A DNA stretch of 64,000 bases from Tubulanus polymorphus (taxonomy: Eukaryota > Animalia > Nemertea): the NCBI RefSeq assembly GCF_964204645.1, contig NC_134032.1, positions 13,318,275-13,382,274 on the forward strand, read 5' to 3'. The translations under genes and the position numbers were made by a program. Below the pieces are notes generated by a model that saw only the letters and a program-made list of their open reading frames with translations, was not told the DNA's origin and made no database searches. Position 1 is the first letter of the stretch; the number at the start of each line of letters is the position of its first letter. Shown piece after piece: positions 63,331 to 64,000 of the stretch.

Positions 63331-64000
63331 ATTTTAGTTATCAAATCTTCACATCAAGGTCTTCTACATCGAGAATCAGGTCATTCAAGGTACCGTAAAA
63401 TAACTGCAGTAACAGTAAATAATGTATCACAGACACAAAACGAGAGCAGGCAAATTTTTTCGATTGTCAAAAGTCCATAACTAACTTTCTATTCCACAGT
63501 TGAAATATTTTACTCTGTGCATGGAGTTTATACGCCCATGCTCTGTGTGAACAAAAATCAAATCAGTAATCATTGGGTACAATTTTGATTTTCTGCAAAG
63601 AATGTACTACTCGAATGAAACTTGAATGCTGAGCAGAGAACAGATCAAATAAAGGAGATTTCTTATATTCTTCTACATGTGTATACCGGTATGCGTTAAG
63701 CTGTCTTGCAGCCATTTGCTTTTACAACATGACCACACCACATTTTGAACAGTCAAACACAGTAAGCCAGGACTCACATGAAGTTTGTAAACCCCCCCGA
63801 TTATCTTTAGTTTCTATGTACAGCAAGTCTCCAAAACAAACTACAACTTCACGTGTTCAGACCTCTATACAGTGGACTGGTGAGCAATGGGTTAATAATG
63901 TGTGATTGGAAGACAATCCGTGAAATACTATAAAATATATAAATTGTGCTGCCATTTAATATATATATATACAATATTGTAAGAATTACATGATACGTTG

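Overview
Eukaryotic genomic DNA with GT-AG introns, probably from an invertebrate animal. Host genes, left to right: the last codons of a ZnT/SLC30 zinc transporter; a 19-coding-exon OFCC1/Ojoplano-like membrane protein gene (4574-14298, +); three tandem two-exon GT10 alpha-1,3-fucosyltransferases (16-24.6 kb, -); and a TASK-type two-pore K+ channel (28159-38741, +). The channel's 9.5-kb intron holds an antisense nested Myb/SANT gene and a Penelope-like palindromic insertion with a hammerhead-like core. The main result is at 43.9-60.5 kb, where a tRNA-Lys(CTT) gene is split inside its Pol III A box by two apparently identical head-to-tail 8253-bp elements without terminal inverted repeats. Each encodes an intact 9-exon, ~1408-aa DDE transposase of the small-RNA-gene-targeting Dada type. 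The flanking hexamers are not a clean target duplication (TAGCTC / TAGCTC / TGGCGC, tRNA sense), and the element's start resembles a tRNA D-arm. Each copy also carries, antisense to and just downstream of the transposase, a branched fold in which every non-Watson-Crick pair is G-U and whose loop shows an A-box-like sequence resembling the target site. Together these suggest a circle/coupling-sequence integration mechanism and possibly an element-encoded RNA; both remain hypotheses. MITEs, minisatellites and non-LTR 3' ends fill the rest. All exon coordinates were derived by hand.
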